Below, one piece after another: positions 17,207 through 26,998 of a stretch of DNA of 32,451 nucleotides. Positions within the stretch are counted from its first letter, which is position 1; each line of letters opens with the position of its first letter. Location: positions 1 to 32,451 of the forward strand of contig JAHQWW010000029.1 in assembly GCA_029856365.1 (NCBI GenBank). The letters are read 5' to 3'. Position numbers and translations under genes: made by a program. The notes under the pieces were generated by a model. That model was not told where the DNA came from. It saw nothing but the letters and a program-made list of their open reading frames with translations, and did not search any database. This stretch comes from Candidatus Hodarchaeota archaeon (GTDB taxonomy: Archaea; Asgardarchaeota; Heimdallarchaeia; Hodarchaeales; Hodarchaeaceae).

Positions 17207-19315
17207 ATGCCAGAAAAACAATATCAAGATAAGTTACATCGGTATCTGGGAATAAAATTAACCCAGAAGGAGCTGGAGAAGCATCTCTGGGAAGCTGGAA
17301 ACATTCTACGAGGAAGTGTCGACGCATCAGAATATAAACACTATATCTTTGGTTTACTGTTCTTGAAAAGATTGAATGATGTTTTTGAGGAAGAAACAGA
17401 GAGAGTAGCTAGTGTAATTGAAGATCCAATGGACTATGATGTTTATATTCCACCTGAGGCACGATGGAGCTCACTCAATTCATCTTCTATAATAGAAGCC
17501 TGTAAAGCAATTGAAGAGCATAACCCGTTGTTAGAAGGAATTTTGACTGGAATTGGCTTCAGTATAAATGATCGTCTGACCGAGGAAACTTTGGATCGCT
17601 TAATTAAACATTTTAGCTTATATAGACTTCGAAATAGTGATTTAACTGATCCTGATATATTAGGGAGAGCATATGAATATTTAATTGCACATTTCGCAGA
17701 ATCAGCTGGTAAGAAAGGAGGTGAGTTCTATACTCCGAATATGGCCGCTCGACTGTTGGTAGAATTACTTCAACCAAGAGAAGGTATGCGCATAGCTGAT
17801 CCAACAGTAGGCTCTGGTGGAATGTTGATTCAGTGTGTTGAATATGTGAAGGGGAATGGTGGGAATTGGCGAAGTTTATCCTTATTTGGCCAAGAGAAAA
17901 ACATATACACTTGGGTAATATGCAAAATAAATTTACTACTTCATGGGATTGTAAATTCACTTATTGAAAAAGGGGATATAATACGAAGTCCAAAGCTAAT
18001 GAAAGAGAATAACCTCTTACTCTTTGACATAGTGATTGCTAATCCACCATTTTCTTTATCTAATTGGGGAGTTGAAATAGCTCAAAAAGATCCTTACAAT
18101 CGTTTTCGTTTCGGAACCCCATCAAAAAATTACGGAGATTTTGCTTTCTTACAACATATGTTTGCAACACTTCGTGATGATGGTCGTATGGGAATTATAT
18201 TACCTCATGGAGTTTTATTTAGAGGAGGAGCGGAAAAAAAGATAAGAAAAGCGTTAATTCAGAAAGATTTAATTGAAGCAATTGTGGGTTTACCCCCCAA
18301 TCTTTTTCATGGAACTTCAATTCCAGCAGCAATAATACTGATTAATAAAAGTAAGCGCCCTGACCAAAAAAGAAAAATTTTGTTCATTGATGCCTTTAAT
18401 TATTATAAGGAGGGACGATCTCAAAACTTACTTAGGCAGAATGATATAGAAAAGATTGTTACGACATTTAAAAAATATGAATCGACTAATAAATTCTCTC
18501 AGGTTGTTTCATTAGAAAAAATTCAAGATTTTGACTATAATCTTAACATACCGTTATATGTCGATACTAACATTATGGAGGAATCTAAAGATGTAGTTAA
18601 AGTTCTTTCAAAGATTTCTAAATTAAGAAGATTAGAGAAGGAACAGCGAGACTTTAGTCAAAAGATTAAATTAGATTTGAACAAGTTTAGCAGAGTTCGA
18701 TCTGACAAATGGGATATTATTAACTTAGGGGAGTTTGTTGACTTAGAAACAGGGAAAAGAGCAAAAGGGGGGGCACTAAAAGAAGGAACTGTAGCTAGCA
18801 TCGGAGGAGAGCACATCAATGAATCTGGACACGTAATCTGGGATAATATCAAATTTATACCAGATGAATTATATGACAAGCGTCTAACGCAAGGGAAAGT
18901 TCGAATGAATGATATTTTAATAGTGAAAGATGGAGCAACAACAGGTAAAGTCGCGTTAATAAGAGATTTACCATTTAAGAAAGTAGCAGTTAATGAACAT
19001 GTTTTTATTGTTAGAAGTAAAAATGAAGATATACTAGATAATCATTACTTGTTTTATCTATTATTTTCTTCACATTGTCAGAACCAAATCAAAAAACGAT
19101 TTCATGGGGTGGTGGGAGGAATTAACAGGACTGACTTCAAAACTATCCAAGTCCCACTTCCTCCTATATCGGAACAAAGAGAAATCGTTGAACTTCTTTC
19201 TGTAGTGGATGCTAGAATAACAATAACTCAACAGATCAGTGATGAAATCACTCGATTAAAAAGGGGGCTCGTGCAGCTACTGATGACTGGAAAATTCAGA
19301 AAAAATAGACAATAA
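17207..19315 (+). CDS. hsdM: Type I R-M methyltransferase HsdM fused to a single-TRD HsdS half
   Basis: HsdM N-terminus LWEAGNILRG, GEFYTP, DPTVGSGG, ANPPF and PHGVLFRGG. From about aa 500: W..INLGE, a TRD, and PLPPISEQREIV...LKRGLVQLLMTGK (HsdS conserved helix). Confidence 0.9.
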   Translation: MPEKQYQDKLHRYLGIKLTQKELEKHLWEAGNILRGSVDASEYKHYIFGLLFLKRLNDVFEEETERVASVIEDPMDYDVYIPPEARWSSLNSSSIIEACKAIEEHNPLLEGILTGIGFSINDRLTEETLDRLIKHFSLYRLRNSDLTDPDILGRAYEYLIAHFAESAGKKGGEFYTPNMAARLLVELLQPREGMRIADPTVGSGGMLIQCVEYVKGNGGNWRSLSLFGQEKNIYTWVICKINLLLHGIVNSLIEKGDIIRSPKLMKENNLLLFDIVIANPPFSLSNWGVEIAQKDPYNRFRFGTPSKNYGDFAFLQHMFATLRDDGRMGIILPHGVLFRGGAEKKIRKALIQKDLIEAIVGLPPNLFHGTSIPAAIILINKSKRPDQKRKILFIDAFNYYKEGRSQNLLRQNDIEKIVTTFKKYESTNKFSQVVSLEKIQDFDYNLNIPLYVDTNIMEESKDVVKVLSKISKLRRLEKEQRDFSQKIKLDLNKFSRVRSDKWDIINLGEFVDLETGKRAKGGALKEGTVASIGGEHINESGHVIWDNIKFIPDELYDKRLTQGKVRMNDILIVKDGATTGKVALIRDLPFKKVAVNEHVFIVRSKNEDILDNHYLFYLLFSSHCQNQIKKRFHGVVGGINRTDFKTIQVPLPPISEQREIVELLSVVDARITITQQISDEITRLKRGLVQLLMTGKFRKNRQ

Positions 19316-19453
19316 ATGAAGGAGAATCACCTAAGATGTGGTATTAAATCAAATTCTGCAATATTGAATTATACAAAAGTTTTTTTAACTTTCTACCTGA
19401 TTAAATCACTACTTTTCTCTAACATTGTTATCATCGTTTCAGAGTGATTTTTT

Positions 19454-20791
19454 ATGCCCGAATCGAAAAATACTAGTAAAATTCCTGTTTTAATTGCTGG
19501 GATAATTGGTTGGGCCCACGATGGGTTTGCCTTGGTATTAGTAAGTCTACTTGCCACAACAATCAGTGCTGCGTATGGTGTAGATAAAATAGCTATAGGA
19601 TTCGTCTTCTCTGCCCAATATGTTATGACAGTGCCTGGGGCTATGCTCTTTGGTGAACTTGCTGATCGTTTTGGCAGAAAAAACATCCTATTACTTTCTG
19701 TATTATGGGATTCTATATTTACTTCGCTTTCAGCAATTGCCCCAACCTTTGAAATATTTGCTTTACTAAGATTATTATCTGGACTTGGGGTTTCATGGGG
19801 GATTTCCTTTTCTTTGCTATCAGAAACCTTTTCATCAGAAAAACGAGGAGCTGCCGGTGGATTGGTTCATGCGACCTTTGTGGCTGGTTATATTGGGGCA
19901 GTTGTAATCACTCTAATTTTTGGGAATATGGATCCAATTATTTTAGGGCCTCTAGCTCTTGATGGATGGCGAATATGTTTTCTCTCTGCTCTTTTTCCTA
20001 TCCCATTTTTAATTTATTTGGAATTTACTCTAGATGAATCTCAAGTCTGGTCAGATTATAAAAAAGCCACACAACTCGATGAAGAAGTAAAACCAGAGAG
20101 AATCCGTACATTTGACATATTAAGAGGAAAATACCTTAAATATACTCTCTTATTAACATTATTATTCTGGCTTTCTGAATTTGCTTATCATACACTCGCT
20201 GATTGGGCACCTACCTATTTTGAATATTTATTTACTTATGAACTCCAAAAAGCAGATGGGAATGTTGACTCTGCAGGCACACTTTCAATGGTGGTGATGT
20301 TAGGTGTGATGGTTATTGCTGCTTTTGCTTTATTCACTACAGGTTGGTTAAGTGATCGTGTTGGTAGGAGAAATGCATTTATTGGCTGTTCAATTATTGG
20401 TCTTGTTGGAGCATCTTTATTCTTTGTTTCTAATTTTGTATTAATTTTGACTCCTTTAATTATAATTGGATGTCTCATTTTAACAGTTTCATTTGGAATG
20501 CATGGCGTCTTTGGTGTTTGGTCAAGTGAGGTCTTTCCTACAAGAGTTCGTGCGACGGCCACTTCTCTTATTTTCTCAGTCGCTCGTGGATTAGCATGGG
20601 GAGCATTCTTTGTTGGGATTGTTGCAGAAGCCTTAGAACCTTCAGTGACGGTGCTGGAGAATCCTCTTGGACACGCCCAAGCATTAGCTGTTGCAATGCT
20701 CGCTTGTACATTTGCCTATCTTGCTATGTTATTCGTCCCACGACTAATCCCTGAAACGAAAGGGATTGATATCACTACAATCCAAGAATAA
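19454..20791 (+). CDS. MFS transporter (aromatic acid/metabolite:H+ symporter-like)
   Basis: GELADRFGRK and GWLSDRVGRR motif A; SEVFPTRVRAT; C-terminal PETKG; 12 TM segments. Confidence 0.93.
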   Translation: MPESKNTSKIPVLIAGIIGWAHDGFALVLVSLLATTISAAYGVDKIAIGFVFSAQYVMTVPGAMLFGELADRFGRKNILLLSVLWDSIFTSLSAIAPTFEIFALLRLLSGLGVSWGISFSLLSETFSSEKRGAAGGLVHATFVAGYIGAVVITLIFGNMDPIILGPLALDGWRICFLSALFPIPFLIYLEFTLDESQVWSDYKKATQLDEEVKPERIRTFDILRGKYLKYTLLLTLLFWLSEFAYHTLADWAPTYFEYLFTYELQKADGNVDSAGTLSMVVMLGVMVIAAFALFTTGWLSDRVGRRNAFIGCSIIGLVGASLFFVSNFVLILTPLIIIGCLILTVSFGMHGVFGVWSSEVFPTRVRATATSLIFSVARGLAWGAFFVGIVAEALEPSVTVLENPLGHAQALAVAMLACTFAYLAMLFVPRLIPETKGIDITTIQE

Positions 20792-20799
20792 ATGGATTT

Positions 20800-20821
20800 C
20801 TCTAGAAGACGTTCTCTAGAG
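20800..20821. terminator. Inverted repeat between convergent genes (possible terminator)
   Basis: CTCTAGA-agacgttc-TCTAGAG lies between the stops at 20791 and 20836. Confidence 0.3.
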
Positions 20822-20835
20822 GTCTACAATCTTCT

Positions 20836-21411
20836 TTATTCTAAAATTGATTTGAGTAATCGATTTAACTGTTCCTGAATTTTCTCATCACCATCCCCCA
20901 TTGCTGCAATTTTTTGCCATGCTTCTTCTGTTAATCCATATTCTTGTAATCTTTCAGGTAATAATAGGTTCCAGCGGAAAAGTCCTTGACGGTAATTTGA
21001 AGCTTTATTTAATATGAGTTGAAATTCAATGGACAGCTGAAAATAAACTTTTTGAGAAGCAGGATCAAGTGATACGTTCTCAATAATTGGGAAAATATCT
21101 TCAAGAGGGATATCCTGGGAAACTCGTTTTGGTGCGAGATCTGGTGTTTCTTGCATTTCAGGAGGTTTTGGTAATTCTCCTTCAGTACCATATGTCTCTT
21201 GAGGAGTGGGAGCTATGTATATATTTGTATCATCGCCTATTTCTTTATGAAAGTCAAATTGCATGTCCTTTGGAATAACTGGCCTAAAATCCTCTTCCAA
21301 TCTATCAGTTAACGTCTCCATATTACCACAATGCGGACATGGGTTGTCCTCATCTAATTTCATGACATAATTATGGCATTTCTTGCAAACAGGAATAATA
21401 AAAACCCCCAT
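20836..21411 (-). CDS. Hypothetical protein with N-terminal zinc ribbon
   Basis: CKKC-x12-CPHC, an acidic Pro-rich linker and a helical C-terminal domain; ATG 21411. Confidence 0.65.
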   Translation of the reverse strand: MGVFIIPVCKKCHNYVMKLDEDNPCPHCGNMETLTDRLEEDFRPVIPKDMQFDFHKEIGDDTNIYIAPTPQETYGTEGELPKPPEMQETPDLAPKRVSQDIPLEDIFPIIENVSLDPASQKVYFQLSIEFQLILNKASNYRQGLFRWNLLLPERLQEYGLTEEAWQKIAAMGDGDEKIQEQLNRLLKSILE

Positions 21412-21511
21412 TCGATCCTTCAATTATTAATTATTTTCTATTTGAATAATAGAAGCCCTAGTTACTATGAATCATCTCCTACTACAGGAATAAGACTAAT
21501 TTCACCTCTAT

Positions 21512-22000
21512 TTAAATCTTAATTAATTGGTGATTTGCAATAAAAGAACTTTTATCCTTTATTATCACTTTATTCATTATGTCCCCATTAAGAAGTTTAT
21601 CAATAATTTCTAGTCCTTCTATAATATTACCAAAAACCGTGTGTTTCCCGTCAAGATGAGGTTGGGGAGCTCTAACTAGGAAAAATTGTGACCCGCCTGT
21701 ATCTTTACCCGCATGAGCCATTGAGAGAGCTCCACGGATGTGCTTATGTTCGTTTTTGGTATTCTTTTCAGTTTCACAAGGAATAGAATAACCTGGGCCA
21801 CCTGTACCAGTCCCCTGGGGGCATCCTCCTTGAACTACAAAATCTGGGATACACCTATGAAAAGTCAAACCATCAAAAAATCCTGATTCTGCTAATGATA
21901 CAAAATTCTTAACAGTGTTTGTAACTTCATCAAAGAAATCAATTACTATATCCCCGTATTTAGTTTCAATAATTGCTTTTGTCACAATGTTTATCTCCAT
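21512..22000 (-). CDS. ppiA: Cyclophilin-type peptidyl-prolyl cis-trans isomerase
   Basis: [36 protein letters not shown] and [10 protein letters not shown]. Confidence 0.95.
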   Translation of the reverse strand: MEINIVTKAIIETKYGDIVIDFFDEVTNTVKNFVSLAESGFFDGLTFHRCIPDFVVQGGCPQGTGTGGPGYSIPCETEKNTKNEHKHIRGALSMAHAGKDTGGSQFFLVRAPQPHLDGKHTVFGNIIEGLEIIDKLLNGDIMNKVIIKDKSSFIANHQLIKI

Positions 22001-22117
22001 TAAATATATTATAATTTCAGTCAGTTTAAATTAAGAATTATTTATTTTTTGAAGAAATACACCCAAAAAAGAAAAAAATAGCTAATGATTAAATTGGTTA
22101 AAATAGGTAGTTTACCA

Positions 22118-24385
22118 ATGAATTGGAATATCCGCCTAGCTTATATACAAACGATCTGTTCTTCCATCGGAATGGGTATTATTCAAATCGCTTTCTCGGT
22201 ATTTGTCATCCAAGGGCTAGGACAGACAAATTTTATTCTAGGGACTCTTTTCACTATGCAAGGGCTAGCCTCAACGATATTTGTATTTCCATCGGGGTTT
22301 TTAGCGGATAAATACAGACGAGATACCTTAATCCGAACCGCGGTACTATTTGGAGTCCTCTCTCAACTATCACTAATATTTTCTACATTTTTGGGTGAGA
22401 CTCCTCAGTTAGCTCTGAATATCTTATTTTTAGCTCAAGGTTTAGGGGGTTTAGCTTGGGGTTTATCAGGTCCAGCTGGTCAGGCACTCATCGCTGATAG
22501 TATCGAACCCGGAAATCGTAGTAGAGTCTTTGCAAACATGCATTATGCTAGTTTTTCAGCCTCTGCGGCAGGGCCGTTTGTAGCTGCAGGTATAACTGTC
22601 TTTCTCGGTGACACATGGGCAATCGAAGTTCTTAAATCAGTCATCTTTATTGGTGCACTAAGCTCCTTAGTTGCTTGGTGTGCGTTCATTTTAGTATCAG
22701 ATAATAAAGCTCTTGTTGTAAAAAATGAAAGAAAAGAGGAGAAAGAAAGAGAAATTCCCTCTAGCAAGGAAATTCACAAAGAATCAACACTTTTTAGACG
22801 GGAATTTTCATATGATGTATTTGTACCATCAATCATAGTTATTTCAGGTATCATCATTGGATTTGGTGCAGGCGCAACCGTGGCATTTTTTCCTGTCCTC
22901 TTTGCTGATCCTGTAATTGGTTACGACCTTAAACCTTTCTTTACTTTCGTCATCTTTGGTGCTACAAATGTAGTTTCTGGATTTATGGGGCTTGTTGCTC
23001 AAAGGTTAATTAAGAACTTTGGCAGGATTGGTTCAATGTTTCTTGTCCAAGGGCTTGCAATCGTCTGCTTATTGGGATTAACGGCCAATCTTGCTTTCTA
23101 TATGAATAAAACAGTCTCTTTCAATTTTTCTGTAGTCCTACTTGTGATATTCTTTATCTCTCGTAATGCATTGATGAATGCATCATCTCCTATTAGTAGA
23201 TCAATAGTGATGGATTGTGTTCCTTCATTATCACGAGCAAAATGGAATTCTCTCGAAACATTGGCCTGGGGGATGTTTTGGTCTGTTTCTGCTTCCATTG
23301 GAGGGTCTATTGTTGACTCTTATGGTTTTCTCTATGTTTTCATCTTTACTGCCACTCTTTATACTATTGCGACTCTTATGCTTTTGTTAATAAAAAATCG
23401 TGTTCCCAAGGAATCGATTCTCACCCATACTTACCAATTAGGAAAGTTAAAGACAAGGAATCGTGTTGTTCTTCCCTCTATAAGTGTTGCGGATGACTTA
23501 AGGTTTGGAGATGTTTCGGGACAACTTTCTCCTTCAGCAATCTCTTATTATGCAAAAATAGCTGAGGGAGGAGCTGGTTTGGTTTATTTGGAACCAGCAT
23601 ATATATCGAATTCTGGTAAAAGCCACAATTATCAAGTAGGAATTCATGAGGATTATGTTATACCGCGCATGGTTGATGCAGTAAACCAAATCCATGGGAA
23701 TGGCGCTTTAGCAGGAATAAGATTACGACACGCAGGAGCAGCTACAACTCGTTTTCTTAGCGGAGATCAACCCTTAGCTCCTTCTGCTATCACAATTGCC
23801 GACAAAAACCTATCTCGTCCTATGACTGATGATGAACTCTCACATCTTATTACCTGCTATATTCAAGCTGCTAAACGCGCTGTATCCGCAGGTTTTGATA
23901 TAGTGGAAGTTTCTGCTTGTATCTTTCCTAATAAATTTTCCAATTTACTTGGTCAATTTCTTTCCCCTAATTTCAATCTAAGAATAGATAAATATGGAGG
24001 ATCTTTGAGGAATAGACTCCTCTTTCCTCTAGATGTCGTTAGAGCTATTAAAACTAATATTCCTCCAGAGATCATGTTATCTTTTCATCTAACACTCCCC
24101 TTTCAAGGATTGTCTATTGAAGATTTATTAGAACTCGCAAAATCTTTAGAAATAGTTGGAATTGACTTACTAAGCCTAGGTTATTCAGGTACATGGTCAC
24201 AGAGGGATGGATTTGACGAGTTTTGCGAACAGATAAGAAAAGAGGTCAAATCTCTACCACTAGTTCTGCATGGGGACTTTAATGTAGAAAGTGCAGAAAC
24301 AGCTTTGAAGAGAGGTCAAGCTGATTTTATTGGATTTGAGAAATTAATCCAAGAAGATCGATCTTTTCCGCAAGCACTGCGATAA
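22118..24385 (+). CDS. MFS transporter fused to a degenerate NADH:flavin oxidoreductase (Old Yellow Enzyme) domain
   Basis: 12-TM MFS (SGFLADKYRRD) runs in frame, from about 23411, into LGKLKTRNRVV...AEGGAGLV...HAG...AAKRAVSAGFDIVEV...QFLSPNFNLRIDKYGGSLRNR. Alternative start at 22085. Confidence 0.85.
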   Translation: MNWNIRLAYIQTICSSIGMGIIQIAFSVFVIQGLGQTNFILGTLFTMQGLASTIFVFPSGFLADKYRRDTLIRTAVLFGVLSQLSLIFSTFLGETPQLALNILFLAQGLGGLAWGLSGPAGQALIADSIEPGNRSRVFANMHYASFSASAAGPFVAAGITVFLGDTWAIEVLKSVIFIGALSSLVAWCAFILVSDNKALVVKNERKEEKEREIPSSKEIHKESTLFRREFSYDVFVPSIIVISGIIIGFGAGATVAFFPVLFADPVIGYDLKPFFTFVIFGATNVVSGFMGLVAQRLIKNFGRIGSMFLVQGLAIVCLLGLTANLAFYMNKTVSFNFSVVLLVIFFISRNALMNASSPISRSIVMDCVPSLSRAKWNSLETLAWGMFWSVSASIGGSIVDSYGFLYVFIFTATLYTIATLMLLLIKNRVPKESILTHTYQLGKLKTRNRVVLPSISVADDLRFGDVSGQLSPSAISYYAKIAEGGAGLVYLEPAYISNSGKSHNYQVGIHEDYVIPRMVDAVNQIHGNGALAGIRLRHAGAATTRFLSGDQPLAPSAITIADKNLSRPMTDDELSHLITCYIQAAKRAVSAGFDIVEVSACIFPNKFSNLLGQFLSPNFNLRIDKYGGSLRNRLLFPLDVVRAIKTNIPPEIMLSFHLTLPFQGLSIEDLLELAKSLEIVGIDLLSLGYSGTWSQRDGFDEFCEQIRKEVKSLPLVLHGDFNVESAETALKRGQADFIGFEKLIQEDRSFPQALR

Positions 24386-24481
24386 TTCTTCCGTTAGAAA
24401 AATTATCTGTTTTGTCGTAGGCAGTTTGAGCTGATTTTTTCGAGAATATAACCTTCCCCAAATCTAATAGAGAAAATTAGG

Positions 24482-24548
24482 TGAACCCTATTGTTCGGAA
24501 CGGTTGTCATCACAAATCAGACATATGCCTTTCGAACATCAGGGCTCA
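24482..24548 (-). ncRNA. Candidate K-loop-capped hairpin RNA (L7Ae-binding; H/ACA-like or 3'UTR element)
   Basis: The minus strand forms a long imperfect stem (UGAGCCCUG/UAGGGUUCA, UGUUCG/CGAACA, UGUC/GACA) capped by CUGA-uuug-UGAUGA. Two G-U pairs form only on the minus strand. Confidence 0.45.
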
Positions 24549-24567
24549 TTTAACACATTTCTCCTCC

Positions 24568-25110
24568 TTATTTTAAACCATATGATTCTTTGTGAACAAG
24601 ACTTGTTAGAGGTTTACGTTCAGAGGAACGAGTTTCATCTGCATAACCCACAGCTACCAGTGCTAATACCTGCAAATGTTCTGGTATTTTCAGAAGTTTT
24701 TTGATTTTATGTTCAAAATCTGTACCTATTACTCCCGCCCAACACGTACCTAAATTTAAAGAATGAGCTTGAATCATAAATTGCAGTGTTGCCAGAGCTG
24801 TGTCACTTTGGTGATACTTCGCGTGAATGGTAGAATTAGTCAGCGGAATAAACACAACTGGACTTTCTGCTACGAATTTTCCATAAGGGTGTAGTTTGGC
24901 TAATTTTTTCCTTTTTCCTTCATCAGTTACAATCAAAAATTCCCAAGGCTGCTTATTTGATGCCGATGGTGCCCACTGCGCAGCTTCGAGACATTTTTCA
25001 AGCTTTTCAGATTCTACAGGTGAAGATTTATATTTTCGAATACTTCTTCGCCCTTTTAGGAGTTCTAATGCGTCCAAAATACTATCTTCCTTTGAGTTGT
25101 TTGCTTCCAC
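24568..25110 (-). CDS. Nitroreductase family protein
   Basis: RRSIRKY, APSASNKQPWEF, LGTCW and VGYA motifs. Confidence 0.93.
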   Translation of the reverse strand: MEANNSKEDSILDALELLKGRRSIRKYKSSPVESEKLEKCLEAAQWAPSASNKQPWEFLIVTDEGKRKKLAKLHPYGKFVAESPVVFIPLTNSTIHAKYHQSDTALATLQFMIQAHSLNLGTCWAGVIGTDFEHKIKKLLKIPEHLQVLALVAVGYADETRSSERKPLTSLVHKESYGLK

Positions 25111-25174
25111 TGGTAGAAATTTCTTTTATAAATACCTCATGAATTAACTTTTCATGCTTGTTTTTTAGAAAGGA

Positions 25175-26158
25175 TCAAAGCACTTTCCACTCTTTTAATT
25201 GTCGAAGTGAAACGTTAGCTCCACATAGAATAATACAGATTTTTTTAATACCTGACAAATCAAACTTATCATGCAGCAGCGCTGCAATAGAACAAGAAGT
25301 GGCAGGTTCTATCAGTATTTTTTCGTGTTCTAGCATTAACAGTAATGCTTCTAGGGCTTCTTCGTCTGTAACTGTTTGCATGTCATTTACTACGGCCCTA
25401 ATTCTTGCTAATGTACCTTCAGTAGTTTGTTTTGCTCCAAGAGTATCAGCGATGCTTGTTATAGCAGGAAGCTTTACTGGATATCCTTTTCGAAAACTTT
25501 GTGTAACGGCATCACAACCTACAGTTTCTACCCCCCAAATTCTTATTTCAGGCTTCATCTGTCTTGCCACGACTCCCAGTCCACTTATTAAACCACCTCC
25601 TCCGACTGACGCAATTATAGCATCTAGATAAGGATTTTGCTCAAGGAGTTCGAGTGCAATAGTGCCTTGTCCCCTAACTACTGCAATGTCATCGAATGGA
25701 TGAATATAAGTTAATCTTTCATCTTGTGCGTATTCCTGAGCTTTCTGATTAGCCTCATCCCAAGCATCCCCGTGTAGAATCGTTTTTCCTCTCCACTGCT
25801 CAATTTTCTTAACTTTCTCTTTTGCAGTCTTTAATGGAAGAAAAACTACTACTGGAGTATTAAGTTCTTTTCCTGCATAACAAACCCCCAGACCATGGTT
25901 TCCGCCAGACGCAGTCACTAAACCATAAGATAACTCCTTTTTATCCAATGAAAGAGCTTTTGAGCATGCTCCTCGGACTTTAAAGGATCGTGTTGGCTGT
26001 AAAAATTCTAACTTTAGATAAACTTCTTTTCCAATCAGTTTTTCAAGGTGATAAGATCGAATGACTGGTGTTTTAATTACATACGGTCGAATTTGGGAAA
26101 GAGTTTCTTTAACTTCTAATAAGGTCAAATCTTTGAAAATATTGGATAAATCCAACAC
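25175..26158 (-). CDS. PLP-dependent threonine/serine dehydratase (no regulatory domain)
   Basis: SFKVRGA (PLP lysine), ASGGNHG, HPFDD, GQGT, VGGGGL, EPA and CGAN. Confidence 0.92.
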   Translation of the reverse strand: MLDLSNIFKDLTLLEVKETLSQIRPYVIKTPVIRSYHLEKLIGKEVYLKLEFLQPTRSFKVRGACSKALSLDKKELSYGLVTASGGNHGLGVCYAGKELNTPVVVFLPLKTAKEKVKKIEQWRGKTILHGDAWDEANQKAQEYAQDERLTYIHPFDDIAVVRGQGTIALELLEQNPYLDAIIASVGGGGLISGLGVVARQMKPEIRIWGVETVGCDAVTQSFRKGYPVKLPAITSIADTLGAKQTTEGTLARIRAVVNDMQTVTDEEALEALLLMLEHEKILIEPATSCSIAALLHDKFDLSGIKKICIILCGANVSLRQLKEWKVL

Positions 26159-26177
26159 CTCCTTGTCTTAGATTGAT

Positions 26178-26969
26178 TTATTTTAGGTGTTTAGACGCTA
26201 ACAGAGCAGCTCCTAATGCTCCGATCATTTGGGGGTTTGGTGGGACTTCTATCGGCGCGTTCATTTGATGTTCGAGCATCTTTTTCACACCAGGGTTTAA
26301 TGCAACGCCTCCTGTTAGAGCAATTAGGGGGATTATGCCAACACGGGCGGTCAGAGCAGCAATTTTATTTGCGATAGTCTTATGAATACCAGCAATAATA
26401 TCTAATCTATTTGCTCCTTGGTTTAGACGTGATATAACTTCTGACTCTGCAAATACGGTACATGTACTCGAAATAGAAGCTGGATTTGTCGAAATAAGCG
26501 CTTGATTACCAAATTCTGATAACTCTACTTCTAAGGCATTGGCCATCACTTCTAAGAAACGCCCTGTTCCAGCACTACACTTATCGTTCATCTCGAAGTC
26601 TTGAATTTGTCCGTCCTCATTTATTTGAATAACCTTCGAATCCTGCCCACCAATATCAATAATGGTTCGAATATTAGGATTGACAAAAAAGGCCCCTGTG
26701 GCATGACATGTGATCTCAGTTATATTTTCATTAGCAGCTTTGACTAATTTTCTTCCATAACCAGTGGAGATAGTATATGCAAAGTTTTCCGTACCAATGG
26801 CGTCTTTGGCATCATTTACTAGGCTTTCTGCAATTCCTGTAGGATTATAACCTACACGTCTTATAAATGAATATTTTTGTTGGATGGAGGTGTTAATTTT
26901 ATTTGAAACCGCAAGTACTACAATCTTTGCTGTCAATGAGCCAATATCTATGCCTGCAACCAGATCCAT
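26178..26969 (-). CDS. 2-hydroxyacyl-CoA dehydratase activase (HgdC/BcrAD-type ASKHA ATPase)
   Basis: GIDIGS, TGYGR, EITCH, DIGGQDSK, NDKCSAGTGRF and STCTVFAESE. ATG 26969 follows GAGG. Confidence 0.92.
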   Translation of the reverse strand: MDLVAGIDIGSLTAKIVVLAVSNKINTSIQQKYSFIRRVGYNPTGIAESLVNDAKDAIGTENFAYTISTGYGRKLVKAANENITEITCHATGAFFVNPNIRTIIDIGGQDSKVIQINEDGQIQDFEMNDKCSAGTGRFLEVMANALEVELSEFGNQALISTNPASISSTCTVFAESEVISRLNQGANRLDIIAGIHKTIANKIAALTARVGIIPLIALTGGVALNPGVKKMLEHQMNAPIEVPPNPQMIGALGAALLASKHLK

Positions 26970-26998
26970 GTCACAAACCTCTATTATCTTTAGTAGTA

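Noticed and set aside
24397-24558. Minus-strand mini-ORF MSPDVRKAYV-UGA-FVMTT... as a selenoprotein, or the hairpin as a SECIS
   Set aside because: There is no redox motif around the UGA, and the G-A pairs close a terminal loop instead of a SECIS core with an apical AA loop. The upstream nitroreductase has no in-frame UGA.
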